Under the pieces are notes generated by a model that searched no databases, had not been told where the DNA came from, and was given only the letters and a program-made list of their open reading frames with translations. Both the position numbers and the translations under genes were made by a program. A stretch of 58,410 nt of DNA, counting the filler, from Sphacelaria rigidula (taxonomy: Eukaryota), in NCBI GenBank assembly GCA_964200075.2. It is 10 parts of 10 records of this genome, joined end to end, with 100 filler letters (N's around TTAATTAATTAA, not from the genome) between each part and the next. Parts side by side here need not be neighbours in the genome. Positions count along the whole stretch, not along the records: positions 1 to 5,751 come from CAXNAA020024738.1; positions 5,852 to 11,602 come from CAXNAA020024739.1; 8 more parts are not named here. One strand, 5' to 3'. Positions 1 through 11,702 of this stretch are shown piece by piece (position 1 is the stretch's first letter; the number at the start of each line of letters is the position of its first letter).

Positions 1-105
1 CTTATGAGCCTCTTTTTTCGTGCAACCAAATACCCCCCCCCCTATCGTAGGATGCCTCCTCAGTAGTTTTCGCATGCGCGACGCTGCTGCTCATGATCTC
101 CAAAT

Positions 106-312
106 TTACGCACTTTCCCGTTCTAGCACTATGTCAGGCACGCCTTTTACTGCAGTTACGTTGGTGTGTAGCGGCCACAAGAGCTGCTGTTCGTGCTCTT
201 GTCTTGTTTTCTTCGCAATGACGGTAAACGTGGGGTGGCAGCTCGGGGGCGTGTGCTTCCCGACTGATACAGACAGAAGCAGGACACTAGCTAGTGCAAC
301 AAAAGCTTCCAC
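106..312 (-). CDS. Possible exon of an unknown protein (VEAFVALASVLLLS...), may follow the 710-822 exon
   Basis: Starts right after a minus-strand TAG acceptor in phase 0, matching the phase-0 end of the 822-710 exon. The 3' end is uncertain (stop at 106 or a GT donor near 160). No recognisable motif. Confidence 0.25.
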   Translation of the reverse strand: MEAFVALASVLLLSVSVGKHTPPSCHPTFTVIAKKTRQEHEQQLLWPLHTNVTAVKGVPDIVLERESA

Positions 313-709
313 CTACGGATCTGGAGCGAGCTTTCCGGAGGAACATAATCACCTGAACACCGACCACTCCCAGGCTTGAATAAATGTACTAGACATATTG
401 CTCATTTCTTATGAGCCAAATCGTCATTTGTAGGTGACGCGTGTATTTTCCATTGATATGATTCGTTGGATTACGAGCCACTACTGACGCATGTAGCGTT
501 CAGCTTGCACTCTCCATGAATATAGTACCCCAAATCGGCCCCCATTCCTACTCATAACAGTACTCTATATAGTACTGGGCATCTGATGCGAACGCTTTCT
601 GTGGTCACAGGCTAACTACCCAAAATATGGTATAAGGAAATAAAAGAATAAAACCGGACCCAAAACAATCCACACAGACGCGATACAAAAAAGAAAAAAT
701 ACTGCTTAC

Positions 710-822
710 CTCAGAAGTTCTGTTGCCACAGGCGACTATTCGGGCTACTGGAAGCATGCAACCTTTGTAGCGAATTATGTCGTGAATAATGCTTGTAATT
801 GGCTCGCAGACTTGAGTTACAC
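710..822 (-). CDS. Probable internal exon, unknown protein (xVTQVCEPITSIIHDIIRYKGCMLPVARIVACGNRTSE)
   Basis: Minus strand CTGCAG| acceptor and GAG|GTAAGC donor enclose an open 113-nt frame. Confidence 0.4.
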
Positions 823-1947
823 CTGCAGTGCACGTGCTGCAGCACATGAATGTACAGTCGCACCAGGGCGGATAGAGCAGCAGCAGAGAAACGAAGCAGC
901 AAGCGGATAAGCAGACAGCGAGTGGTACATTGCCGCCTCAGGGGGTGATTGCGATGCCTGTGTGTATCGGTATATCCCAATCTTAGTATGGCTGGTTGCG
1001 TCTTTCCGTGGCCACAAGCCCTGGGGCCGATGCCAGCAGCAGCGGTCGCGGTGTTGCCTGATGCAGTCATCTGGCGGTGCAGTATACCCGCACTGTGCTG
1101 CGGGGTGCTCCTTTCTTCGGAGCACGGGGTCTGGCCCAACCGATCGAGCGGTGTCTACCGGCGCTGGTTGTGTGTCTTTACCCAGCCATGTTTGATATCG
1201 CGCAAATGATGGTCCGGGCAGCGCCTTATTCGTTCAACGAAAGACGAAATTGCCAACACACCATGAAGTTTCCAACAGTCAGTGTGTAGACAGTACTGCG
1301 TCCCGACTGATACTATTTTATAGAGACGCGAACAGAACGACAACACAGCAGCTCAGGCACTTCCAGCGGAGACCAAACCGTCTTCGCAAGGTCTAAACAC
1401 ACCGCAGAACAGTGATGGCTACAGCACATGAGAGAGGACGTGAGTGTGTTTGTGCTGTAGTACAGTGAAACAGGACAGGTCCCATGTCTTAGTTCTTCGC
1501 CTGATTTGAAACGGGTCCTAATTTTTTTCTGGGTGCAGATCTAGAACGCTCGGCCATATTCGCGCTTCGCGCCAATAAAATCAATTCACTACAAAATCAT
1601 CCCCATGTATGGGTCCTGAGCCCACTTTTTGACAACGCAATCGATTGTCCAGGGTGTTGAGTTTTGACGAGCTCTAGCAAGTCGTGTAGTCATAGTCGCT
1701 TCGCAAAGGAATGAATCTTAAGGTATCCACCGTGGGACACCAGCAGTTGGCGGTAGAGACAGATGCAGGCCCGGTGAGGCAGCCAGACACCGGAACAGCT
1801 GAACGCTGTGGTGTGTGTACACCGCTGTAGCGGGAAGATACTGATGTTGTCACGACGTCCTTTCATTAATGAGGAACTCACCAAACAAGGATAAACAAAC
1901 GAAACCAAGCAAAAGACCAAATGATTGATGTGTTCTTGTGGTGGTGA

Positions 1948-2154
1948 TGTTAGTGGGTGAGACTCATCATGGTGGGCTCGATCGCTGCTCATCTTCAGGT
2001 TAACGAAAGGCTAATCGTAAATCGAACTGTTCAGCATTCCTCCGCTATTGTGCTCTGTATGGCACTCCCTATATTTCACATATACTTACGCTGCTTTGAT
2101 TTACTGCAGCTCACTGCTGGTCGTTGTCTTTGACTGAAAATCCATTATCTAACA
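1948..2154 (-). repeat. 3' LTR of the Copia element (207 bp)
   Basis: Bounded by inverted termini TGTTAG...CTAACA and directly preceded on the minus strand by the polypurine tract GAGGGGAAG (2163-2155). Confidence 0.75.
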
Positions 2155-2253
2155 CTTCCCCTCAACGGCAGTAGTGCGTCAAGGGATCAAATCCATTAAT
2201 CAAACCGATCAAGTGTGTGAATTTTCGTTCCCTTGTTTTACTTAACCCTGTTT

Positions 2254-3106
2254 ACGGGCTATGTCAAAACCATCCAGGGCGCACCTGACGGTGGCCGAGT
2301 ACCTCCTTCGCTATCTGTCGGGCACCGTAGACTTACAAAACAACTTCCAAGCACGGGGGTTCGAGCTAATTGAGTTTTCGGACTTTATCTGGGGCAATAA
2401 TTCGGACAACGGGAAATGAACATCATACACCCTAATGTTGCCCTACACCCCGGTGAGCTTGAAGGTGGGAGAGCAAAGCACTACCGCGTAATCTACGGTG
2501 GAGACGGAGCTCTTGGAAGTGGCGCTGATCATGATGGAGGCAGCGAACTGCTAAAACGTGACGATGGAACTGGAATTCAGAAAGACGTTCAACAGCGTGC
2601 CAGTGTTAGTGGGCAACACACTGGGATTGCACGTGGCCGGTAACCGTACATACTCGCTGACTATCAAATATCTGACCCTTCGTTTTTCCTTCATCAACGA
2701 GCTAGTGGAGGAAGAAAAATGAAGAACCACACGTTTGACCGTCGGCGAGTATGCACGGTTACCGGCCATGTGCAATGCCAGTGTGCTGTTTATCAACACT
2801 GGCACGCTGTTGAACGTCTCCCTGAATCCCAGTTCCACCGTTACGTTTGAGCAGTACACTATCCCTTTCATTGCCAGTGGTGATGCTTTGCTGTCCCGCC
2901 TTCAAGCTCACCGGGGCGTTGGCCAACATTAGGGTGTATGATGATCCCCGTTGTCTGGATTGTTGCCCCATTTAGAGTCCGAAAACGCAATTAGCTCGAA
3001 GCCTCCGTGCTTGGAAGTTGTTTTGAAGTCTGCGGTGACCGACAGATAGCGAAGGAGGTGCTTGGCCGTCGCCATGTGCGCCCTGGGTGGCTTCGATTTA
3101 GCCCGT
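2254..3106. repeat. Large imperfect palindrome: inverted duplication of the Copia RT-end/RNase H region
   Basis: 2254-2701 is the reverse complement of 2702-3106 at roughly 80% identity by eye. Symmetry centre is AGCT at 2700-2703. Confidence 0.9.
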
Positions 3107-5751
3107 GAAAGCTGGTTCACGGCGTACGTGATTCCGTAGCGGAGGATCTGTGTCAGGTACAAGCTGGTCCCGTGATACCCTAAAACCTTTCTGGCCTTCC
3201 TCGTTCAGGAGCTACTCCTCTAGTAGATTGATTGAAAACTCCGGTCAAATACCGGGTGTACTCAGGGGCTTGCACCCTTCCATACCGTGCTTGGCTATCA
3301 TGGCCTTGGCGTAATTTTCCTGGCTGATCGCTACGACCGTCCTTGTCTCACGGTTCCTCGACACCTCCATGTCCACCACGAGCGATACGTTTCCCATGTC
3401 CGACATTTGGAAGCTTCTCATTAGCTGCACTTTGAGTTGCTCGAAAAGTTCCTTGTCTGAGCCTAATAGAATCAAATCGTTCACAAAGAGCATCAGAAAG
3501 GTCGCAGTATCCGGTTTAGTCAAGGTTGTCTTGCTAGTGAAGACGTGAAGGCATGGGCCCGACTTGGTTGCCTTGGATCCGAGCTCCGTAAGGAAAGCGT
3601 TGATGATTCGGTACCAATTCTTTTGTGACTGTCGTAGACTATGCAGGGATTTGAGAAGCCTCATGACAAAACTAACTCCCTGCCCGTCCTTGCGCTCGTA
3701 GCCTAGAGGCATTCGTAGTACACTTCCTCCTCGATATCGGCATTGAAGAAAGCGGCCTGTACGTCAAGTATCACTACCTCGAGGTTGTATTCGGTCGCGA
3801 TGGCGAGCATCATTCGAATGCTTAGAAGCCTACACACGGGAGCGTACGTAGCGCCGCAGTCGATGCCGTGCACTCGCCCCCATCCTTGAGCAACGATGTA
3901 TGTCTTGTAGCGACGTCTGCCTTGACCTTGTAGATCCACCTCGACCTAACAGAGTTCAATCCTTGCGGCATCGACGTTGCAGGTGCCAGAATGTATACCT
4001 TATTCTGTTCAAGGGCCTCCATATCCTTGTCTGACGAGGCCTTCCACTCATCTGCCTCCGGGAGTCGCATCGCCCCTGATTGGCATTCGGAATTTTGATA
4101 ACTTTCCATCCTTCCGAATGGCTTTGCAGCTGCATGTTCGCTGTAGCGTATGCGAATTCTACGGATTTCACCAGCTCGCTTCGGTGGGCCATTTCCGGCG
4201 TCGTTGCCCTGCTGAATATCGCCATGTTCCGGAGCTCGCGCACCAGTACAGTGCTGACCCGTGCAGTAGATTGTTTGCCCAGGTCCTTGGACAATGGTCG
4301 TGTCACCGCACGGGCAACTTGATGGTTGTTCCGTGCTGGAGCATGGGGAGCTGCCATGTTACCAGGTTCCGTCGAAACATGCTCCCCCTCTCTACGTTTC
4401 TCAGGGCGTGCATCTTTGTCGGGTCCAGACAGCCCGCGAGGAAGATGATCGTGCTCTGAGACGGCACGAATGTCGTCAAGAAGCTCTTGCAAATCGTCGT
4501 CCTGACGGCGCATGTGGTCGAGATGACCCGCCGCGGTGACGACGGAGTTGATGCCGATTTACTCAGCGTAGTCGTAAAGGTCACGCTGCAAATCTTTCCC
4601 CTCGTCGTATTGGTCCCGCAAGCGATCTAATCTCTGGTTGTGATGGTCGTTCCTCGCTCCCTGCATGGCATGCGGTGGTGTTTCGGTGAAGGTGACATTT
4701 TAGCTCTCGAGGACTCGCTTGGAGGTGGGGCTATATATGTACATGTATCATTTCACTTTTTTCACCACTTTTGCCGAGTTTTCTCTGGCGGCAAGGCATC
4801 TCAGCACGCGCTTTCTTTTGCAGTGCACGAAGGAGGCGCAGCGGTACATTGCCGTTCATGTTTGGGTTTCATCTGATAACTGTGGCGCGTGTTCTGGCCA
4901 TCGAAAGTCGCCCGCACTGGCTCTTTTTCGCAGGGTGTCGATCCCGGACCACAAAAGCCTTCCCAAGTTCATGAAACACTTCAAGCAGCAGGATGATGGT
5001 TGGCGGGGTATTTCCCCCCCGTGTTTATCTTCGTTGGGTTCTCGTTCATTTGGGAGCACGAGTACGCCGCTTATGCCGCCAACGTCACGACAACACGAGA
5101 ACAATGCAGTTGAAAGCATTTGAACATTTCCTTGGCCTTAGTCAGCAGCAAACACCACACCGTGCGGTGAGCCTTTGACGAGTTGAACGAAGCACACACG
5201 TGGGCAAACGTCCCCACTGCGGGTCAACTGTGTAAAACCAGCAAAGTGGGGTGCCGAAATCCCTGTGATCATGCAACCCGTAGGATGTACTTGTTAAATA
5301 CTGGCGCAGGGATATCCTTGTGACAGGGTTGACAGATTTGTCCTCGTGACAGGGATGACAGGGAGAATCATACGAGTACGCACCTCATGTATCTTTCGAC
5401 GGCTAAGAACTGTATTTTCAGTACAAGTCAAGCGTTACTTTGGTTGTAGATTTCTCCGCCGTGTCTGAACAAACTAGCCTGAAAATTGGCACAGAGGTAG
5501 ACCACAACATAGATAGTATATTCCCGGATCGGCGGCACGTTTTACGTGGTGCGCCAGACGCACGAAATTAATACGGATTCCGGGCAATGCCATCGATATG
5601 TCCTCAAAACGGGGTCCCCTCGGCCCATACTGTGTGAGACGTCAGTGAATGCATATATGGACACACAGATGCGCTCACTTCCACATCATGACCTGCTGGG
5701 TGGCTCCTGCCCCGGCGAACAAGCATCGATCCGTAGTGGGTACACTCTGGA

Positions 5752-5851
5752 NNNNNNNNNNNNNNNNNNNNNNNNNNNNNNNNNNNNNNNNNNNNTTAAT
5801 TAATTAANNNNNNNNNNNNNNNNNNNNNNNNNNNNNNNNNNNNNNNNNNNN
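5752..5851. other. Artificial contig spacer
   Basis: N44-TTAATTAATTAA-N44, recurring every 5851 bp. Confidence 0.99.
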
Positions 5852-6026
5852 TTGAGTTGAGGCTGCATGAAGCGCCTCACATGGGCGACATTGGCGAGAA
5901 CGAACCCAAGCGTGGGAATTCCCAGCTGCTTGTTGTGCTCGGCTTTTTCCATTTCGATTCATGTGAGGGTTTTGCCTCCCCAAAGCAAGTACTTTGAGGG
6001 GGGGAGTGGCCATCGTAGAAAGTGTC
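5852..6026. mobile_element. MITE family B, right part (TIR ...GGCCATCGTAGAAAGTGTC)
   Basis: Body is homologous to 6590-6705 and 45385-45485. Ends in the reverse complement of GACACTTTCTACGAT. Confidence 0.7.
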
Positions 6027-6145
6027 GTTCATCCTCGAGCACAACAAGGTATCGGCTGGAAAAAATATCAAGTATTCCTGGGTACGTACCTGCATGTGTT
6101 GACTGAAGGAAGCAAAGCCGTAATAGATGAGAGTTTTTTTATATT

Positions 6146-6430
6146 TATGTATGATCGCACTACGAGTGATCCCCCGGGGATTCAGCTGTGGTCATCGGTC
6201 ATTATCCACAAGACAGACGTACCCGAGACGAAGAAAACTGAATGAAAACACTCGCTGAAAAGACGGGAAAAAAAGGACGGACATGGCAGAGTAGACAAAG
6301 AAAGAAAGAAGGAAGGGGGAAAAAAGCAAAGACCACAAGACAAGATCAAAAACAGGAAGGAGGGCCGGCCTATGCCACATGGCTTCGGTGGGAAAGGTTC
6401 TACACAGGCATGGGAACACAGTACCACTCA
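6146..6430 (-). mobile_element. SINE-like retroposon with the shared 3' tail
   Basis: Homologous to 47085-47345 (GGTCATTATCCACAA, AAACACTCGCTGAA, GAGTAGAC). Minus strand ends TGACCACAGCTG...GGGGGATCA...GTGCGA. Confidence 0.55.
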
Positions 6431-6508
6431 TCAATTTCGACCTCAGTATTTCATGACTGTCCCGGTGTATTTGAAACACCAAGTAATACATACATACCCG
6501 CGAACCCG

Positions 6509-6710
6509 GACACTTTTCACGATGGCACCCCCCAAAAAAAACAGCTCAAAAATGTCACGAAAAAAGTAGCCGTACAGTGCCTCATGTTTGGGATCAGGCT
6601 ACATGACGCGCCTCATATTGGCAGCATTGGCTGGAACGAACCTAAGCGTGGGAATTCTCAGCTTCTCGTTGTTGTGTTCGGCTTTTCCCATTTCAATTTA
6701 CGTAAAAAGT
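6509..6710. mobile_element. MITE family B, left part (TIR GACACTTTTCACGATGG)
   Basis: Matches 45274-45374 and 5860-5970. Confidence 0.65.
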
Positions 6711-6918
6711 GTCCCCGATACTTCGGTATCTTTGAAAAATCAAGACCCGACACATGCCCACAGCAGCAGCCAGCCCAGTGCTGTCATTTCCCCCCCTTCA
6801 AGGCCACACCAGTCGTTGTGACTGACTTGGGCAGGTGATGTGCAATGTACCAGAGAACCAAGATATCGAGGGGTATGCCCCACTCGACACACCCTCGGAA
6901 TGATTGAACGTCACTCAC

Positions 6919-7018
6919 CAAGGCACGCCCGCATGCGCTTGAAGTGAGCGGTGGCTTCCACCTCGGATGTACCCTTGGTACCCATGATCTCCACGTAGGC
7001 CGACTCCTCCAGGGTGAA
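6919..7018 (-). CDS. Sugar-1-phosphate nucleotidyltransferase-like gene, visible exon 5 (FTLEESAYVEIMGTKGTSEVEATAHFKRMRACL)
   Basis: CAG| acceptor, G|GTGAGT donor, phase-0 start, GC3-rich codons. Confidence 0.8.
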
Positions 7019-7783
7019 CTGTTCCCGGACGACGGCACGGTCGGTGGTAAGAAGCAACGCACAAACCATGACAATTGCATGGTAAATGGCATGCGTATTC
7101 GAAATAAACACAACCAGTGTTGTGGGATACACGCCAAGCGCACACGCGCCTTGGAACGTGCTACGAGGTACGATCATACGCCAAAAACAAAATCAAGAGA
7201 GAATACGATCAAACAGGTAAATGCGCCGTGTCATTCAAATCAATCCCCTCTTAGAAATGAGCGAGAGCTTTTGTTTTGTGTCGAGTAGGCGCTCACGACA
7301 CAGCATCCTCGCCTGCAAGCGTGTGTTCACTACATGCCACTTACAACACAGCATTCCCGCGAAACCAGCACGCAGTAATGTAATCGCGGCATTTTGCCAC
7401 ACGTACGCCAGACGCATACCCAAACGGTTGTTGGCACGGCCGTGACTACATAACCATAATTGGGTACAGTGCCATCATTCTCCACACATTAGCCCGATAC
7501 AAGCCAGCGAGGTAACACGTATCACGTTTCAGCAAGCTTCCATACAGCCTTTACACATGAATGAGTGTGTGTGCGCGCATGCGCGTAGGGGGGAAGGGGA
7601 GTGTTCATCAACGGGTTGTCTCCCCATCGCGAGTAGAGACTTGATTACTTGAAGGGCGATTTGAAGGATTGTCATATTTGCACTACTCGTACTACATTTT
7701 CTCCTTCGTCGAGTGGCGACGGCGAAGGGGCAACGACTACTACCGTCATGATTTTCTTCCATCTACACCGAGAGGCGTCTCAC

Positions 7784-7861
7784 CGGCATCCACAGGTGAG
7801 GGTCCGAGTCGAGCTTGCCCTTTTTGGCGGAAAGCTCGGGCGCAAATTCTTTTACGAGAGC
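7784..7861 (-). CDS. Nucleotidyltransferase-like gene, visible exon 4 (ALVKEFAPELSAKKGKLDSDPHLWMP)
   Basis: TGTAG| acceptor, CCG|GTGAGA donor, 78 nt, phase 0-0. Absent from the ORF track. Confidence 0.85.
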
Positions 7862-8721
7862 CTACAGATAGAGCATGGCGGCGGGGGAGGGAGGGGGAGG
7901 GGACTCACTCCATCGATTGATAGACTGGTTGTCGCACTTCGACTAATCCTCTGGGATCCAGCCGTGGTCACATTAGTCAGATGATCGACGTACCCAAGAT
8001 AAAACGTGAACAGAAACACTCGCTCAAAAGAAGTGAACGATGGAAAAAGGTAAATGAACCTGGAAAAAACAGAGGATAGTTAATGGGAGAGAGGGGGGGT
8101 GGCGGGTAAAAAACACACTTTCCATCGCGTAGTAGTGGTGACATAACATCGTCGCAAGATAAGCAGCCAGACATCAGCAATTTTCATATACATTATTGTA
8201 GTATGTCAAGGTATCAAGTAATATCGACCTCCAGGTGACTGATCATTCATCTACAGTGATAGACGGGGTCAATCTCAAGTGCGAGACTCGTCACCGTTCC
8301 ACAAACGGACCATTGGCTAAAAAGATAGATTTCTACTCAGTGTACGTGCGAGACTTTGAGACCATGCATGATTCTTACACACGAAGACAGAACTGAACAC
8401 TGACGGCATTCCACGAGTCGGTGGCTACAGATACGAAAGCGGGAAGCAGGTTCTTCCATCAGGCTACCGTGTGTACTGCCAAGTTCCAATCGCGGTACTG
8501 CGTCTCGTCTCAAACCATGTTCACAATCCACTCCACCTCCCGCGCGCTACCCGAGCACATGGAATGTAGACTACGTTCGGAGGATCCACCGAGTCGAAAA
8601 TTGAAATTAAAACCACTTTGAAACTGCTCCTATTCAAACATTACACACCAGCAGCATTCCTCAAAGAACACGAATGTAAGAGCAGTACAGTACGAGCGAT
8701 AAAAGAATGTTCGAACCTTAC

Positions 8722-8832
8722 CGCGACGAGAGGGGCCGACATGCTGAAGGAGCCGAGCGACGCTCCGACAGACTCGATCTTGCCCAAAGATGCAAGTAGT
8801 CGGGTGGCTACTGCGTGTGATACTTTCTCAAC
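8722..8832 (-). CDS. Nucleotidyltransferase-like gene, visible exon 3 (VEKVSHAVATRLLASLGKIESVGASLGSFSMSAPLVA)
   Basis: GGCAG| acceptor, GCG|GTAAGG donor, 111 nt, phase 0-0. Supplies the VEK of the YG..V...G....VEK motif. Confidence 0.88.
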
Positions 8833-9719
8833 CTGCCACGCCGCATGCATGCATGCAACGGGATAGGGGTAAGAGGAAGCAATGAAGGGGTGGTGTCTGT
8901 AGTGGAACAAGCACAACCGACAACAAAAAATACAAGAAAATAAAACTGCAATTGCGAACAAAACAATCGTCAAAATCAGAATCACAAGGACATTGATGTA
9001 AAACCATTTGAAAGGCAGGTAAACCAATGATGGTGAAGAGCGCGGGGTGCGGGGTATGAAAGCACAAAAAGACACTAGCTTAGTTGGAGTATTGCATCAA
9101 GCACGCATAAAGAGAACGGTCAACAAAATGCGGGGGGGTGTTGGGTACGGGATTCTCTGTATATGAGATTTTTTTTTTTTCAAGTGGTCGCATAGAAAAG
9201 GCATACCTTCTCGTTTTTTGCTCAAGAGCAGTACGAAAAATGGCCAGAAACGCGAAAACAGCCAAACACGCCATTGAGAAAAACACTACTCTCGAGTACC
9301 CAAAGCTTGAGTACAGTATTGAGATTGTACCCAACTGTATCCAGTTCTTGTACTCGTGATCTTGGACACCATAGTTACGTATCTTGGGTAGAGTCTTGCG
9401 ATCATCCCTCACTCCACCCCCAATATTTCGGTGGAGTTTGTAAATCGACCGATCACAGCACGAAATTGGGGAGAGTGGATACCCGGGTATTTACCCTACC
9501 CAACACACCGTTTCAAAGCTGCAAGCGAACCCGGAAAATGAAAGCATCGAGAGAGAAAAGAAAGGTTGGGTGGGGGCATACACATTTGTTGTTTGCCTTT
9601 ATCTATGATTGACCAAAAAAGGGAGGGGGGGAGTGAGAACCAGACAAACGCCAGTCTGGAACCTATTTTTAGTACCCATCCCGTCGAGAAAAAACATCGA
9701 GTTGCGAAGTACAACAAAC

Positions 9720-9875
9720 CTGAGCGGCATTTCCGTCGGCGTTTACGGCGATGAGGCCGTAGTTGCTGAGGCCCTTGGCCGTCCACTCTGCTTCGTCCAT
9801 CATGGGGCCAAGTCGGCACAGGATGTCGGCGTGGTGAGTAGATGTGTACTCTACCTCCACAGACGGAATAAACAC
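9720..9875 (-). CDS. Nucleotidyltransferase-like gene, visible exon 2 (VFIPSVEVEY...NYGLIAVNADGNAAQ)
   Basis: AACAG| acceptor, CAG|GTTTGT donor, 156 nt, phase 0-0. Confidence 0.88.
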
Positions 9876-10281
9876 CTGTTGACGGCGGTTAGATACGTTG
9901 TCGATAACAAGATAAGTTTGATCCGTCATTATATCATCGGCACACTCCAGTCTGGCCCACCAAACATAATGCGTCCTTGTTCATGATGAGTATCAGTGCG
10001 CCACGTGCGCGGAGGATCATCAACCACTCACGGCGTTTGTTGACGTGGTCCACCAACGGCGTGTCGTTTGGACAACAGCCATCCAACAGCCCCGCCACTT
10101 GATACATGTTACACTCCATCGCATCCGGGCCATAGCATCATCACGTCGGCGTATCGGATAGACATGGCTGACTGCTCTAGCGTCCAACTGATGAAAAAAA
10201 ACCATCAATTTCGCACAAACGCGTACAGTACGTCTTGCGGAAAATCAAGGATCATAACAGTACCTAGCGTCTTCACCGCAC

Positions 10282-10497
10282 CTGGTCACCCCAGAAGACA
10301 GACAGACGACCTTTGCGGCTCTTGGCGTACACACCCGTCTGCTTGACCACGCTCTCCAGGATGGTCAAAGGCGACGGCTTGCCGTTGATGTCCGCAGTGA
10401 CAGCCAGCTTCACCCCAGGTTTGTTGTTGTTTTCCGATCCCGGCATGGGCGCGAGTCGGGTTCCTTTCCCCGCTGTGTGGTACAGCCCGACGCTGAT
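10282..10497 (-). CDS. Nucleotidyltransferase-like gene, visible exon 1 (ISVGLYHTAGKGTRLAPMPGSENNNKPG...LSVFWGDQ)
   Basis: ATGCAG| acceptor, CAG|GTGCGG donor, 216 nt. Has the AGKGTRLxP...KP nucleotide-binding loop and hydrophobic strand-GD motif of GT-A NTP-sugar pyrophosphorylases. Confidence 0.9.
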
Positions 10498-10749
10498 CTG
10501 CATAACAACCACAAGACAAGGATCGCGGAGCGTATGCTTGCCTTGGTCGTTTGACCGATGACCACGCATCCCTTTCGAGTCAGAGGGCATGACGTTTTCG
10601 ACCCAAGATGATGGCACACGGGTAAAATGTGGCATGTGTACTGGGGGTTCAAGAGCTACTCATTTTTGGGTCGGATGACAGGATCCAAGCCTGCTCAGAG
10701 AGGGACGGATAGGTGAAGCAAATTGATGACTTCGAGGAATCAGCGTTTC

Positions 10750-11095
10750 ACCGCCGATTTTCAAAGTTGAGGACGCACGTTTTTTGAGGATGGATGACCC
10801 GTGAAATTAATATCTTCGTCGCTACACCATTTCTTCAAATATGGTTACAATCGTTAACCTGCTGGCAGATACCGGCACCTACTACACGCCATACCAATTT
10901 GGACTCCAATTACCGAAGTTTTGGGGTCTTAGCTATTATGCGTGAAAATCTAATTCTGCGGAATTTGGCTACTGCAAGAAGTAGTCAATATTCACCCACC
11001 AGTAGGTGAAGGAATGCATCGATACTCCGAAGATTTTTATTTTTCGAGTCATCATTCTCAAGGGAGACCCCCACCCACAATTGTGAAAGTTGACT
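10750..11095. mobile_element. Old, diverged copy of fold-back MITE family A
   Basis: Contains CTACACGCCATACCAATTTGG and CAGTAGGTGAAG, shared with 27874-28316. Confidence 0.6.
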
Positions 11096-11602
11096 CCCCC
11101 AAAAGCGTGGGCCAAAAGGGGGGACGATTTTTGGAACAAACCGGGGGCGTACTCATTCGTTGCTTGCCTTAGCCGTTTGACCAGTGACCGCGCATCCCTT
11201 TCGAGATGGTGCACCGTTTTTACCCCTGATAGAGACACCGCCAATATTTTGGCGCTCATGACATGGGGGCAACACTTGGGACGATTTACAATTTCCTAGC
11301 TCGGGGTATGCGTTTTCAAGTTGCAGGGCACAGCTCAACATTCATCTGTATTATTTTGGGTGGCTCGACTGGATTTGATTTGATTTTGATTTGATTCAAT
11401 TTGATCCATTGTCGCACATGAAATGATCCACCACGGATGCACTCGCCGTCACAAGACATACGCACCCAAGACCGATAGAACGAAACATCCCACTCTGGAA
11501 ACTGTCAAAAACGGGGGGGGGGGGGGGGGGGGGGGGGGTGGGGAAAAAAAAAAAAGGGGGGGGGGGTTGAGAAGATGGGACCGGGGGGGGAGAGAAAAGG
11601 GG

Positions 11603-11702
11603 NNNNNNNNNNNNNNNNNNNNNNNNNNNNNNNNNNNNNNNNNNNNTTAATTAATTAANNNNNNNNNNNNNNNNNNNNNNNNNNNNNNNNNNNNNNNNNN
11701 NN
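11603..11702. other. Artificial contig spacer
   Basis: N44-TTAATTAATTAA-N44. Confidence 0.99.

Larger units (their letters stand above)
1948..4745 (-). mobile_element. Decayed, 5'-truncated Ty1/Copia LTR retrotransposon (integrase C-term, RT, RNase H, PPT, 3' LTR)
   Basis: Minus-strand order is integrase tail IYSPTSKRVLES*NVTFTE (~4740-4680), then RT (SRWIYKVK, YAPVCRLLSIRMMLAIA, LDVQAAFFNADIEEEVY, LLKSLHSLRQS, FVND in place of YVDD), then RNase H (IAFSDSKWG), then PPT and LTR. INT-RT-RH order is Copia. Many frameshifts and stops. Confidence 0.93.

Noticed and set aside
5796..5807. TTAATTAATTAA as a recurring biological motif or piggyBac target
   Set aside because: Always centred in N-runs at an exact 5851-bp period. 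It is a linker.
7908..7951. Extra small exon in the nucleotidyltransferase gene (AG...GTGAGT)
   Set aside because: Exons 8832-8722 and 7861-7784 already join in frame, and the leftover intron would be under 50 nt.
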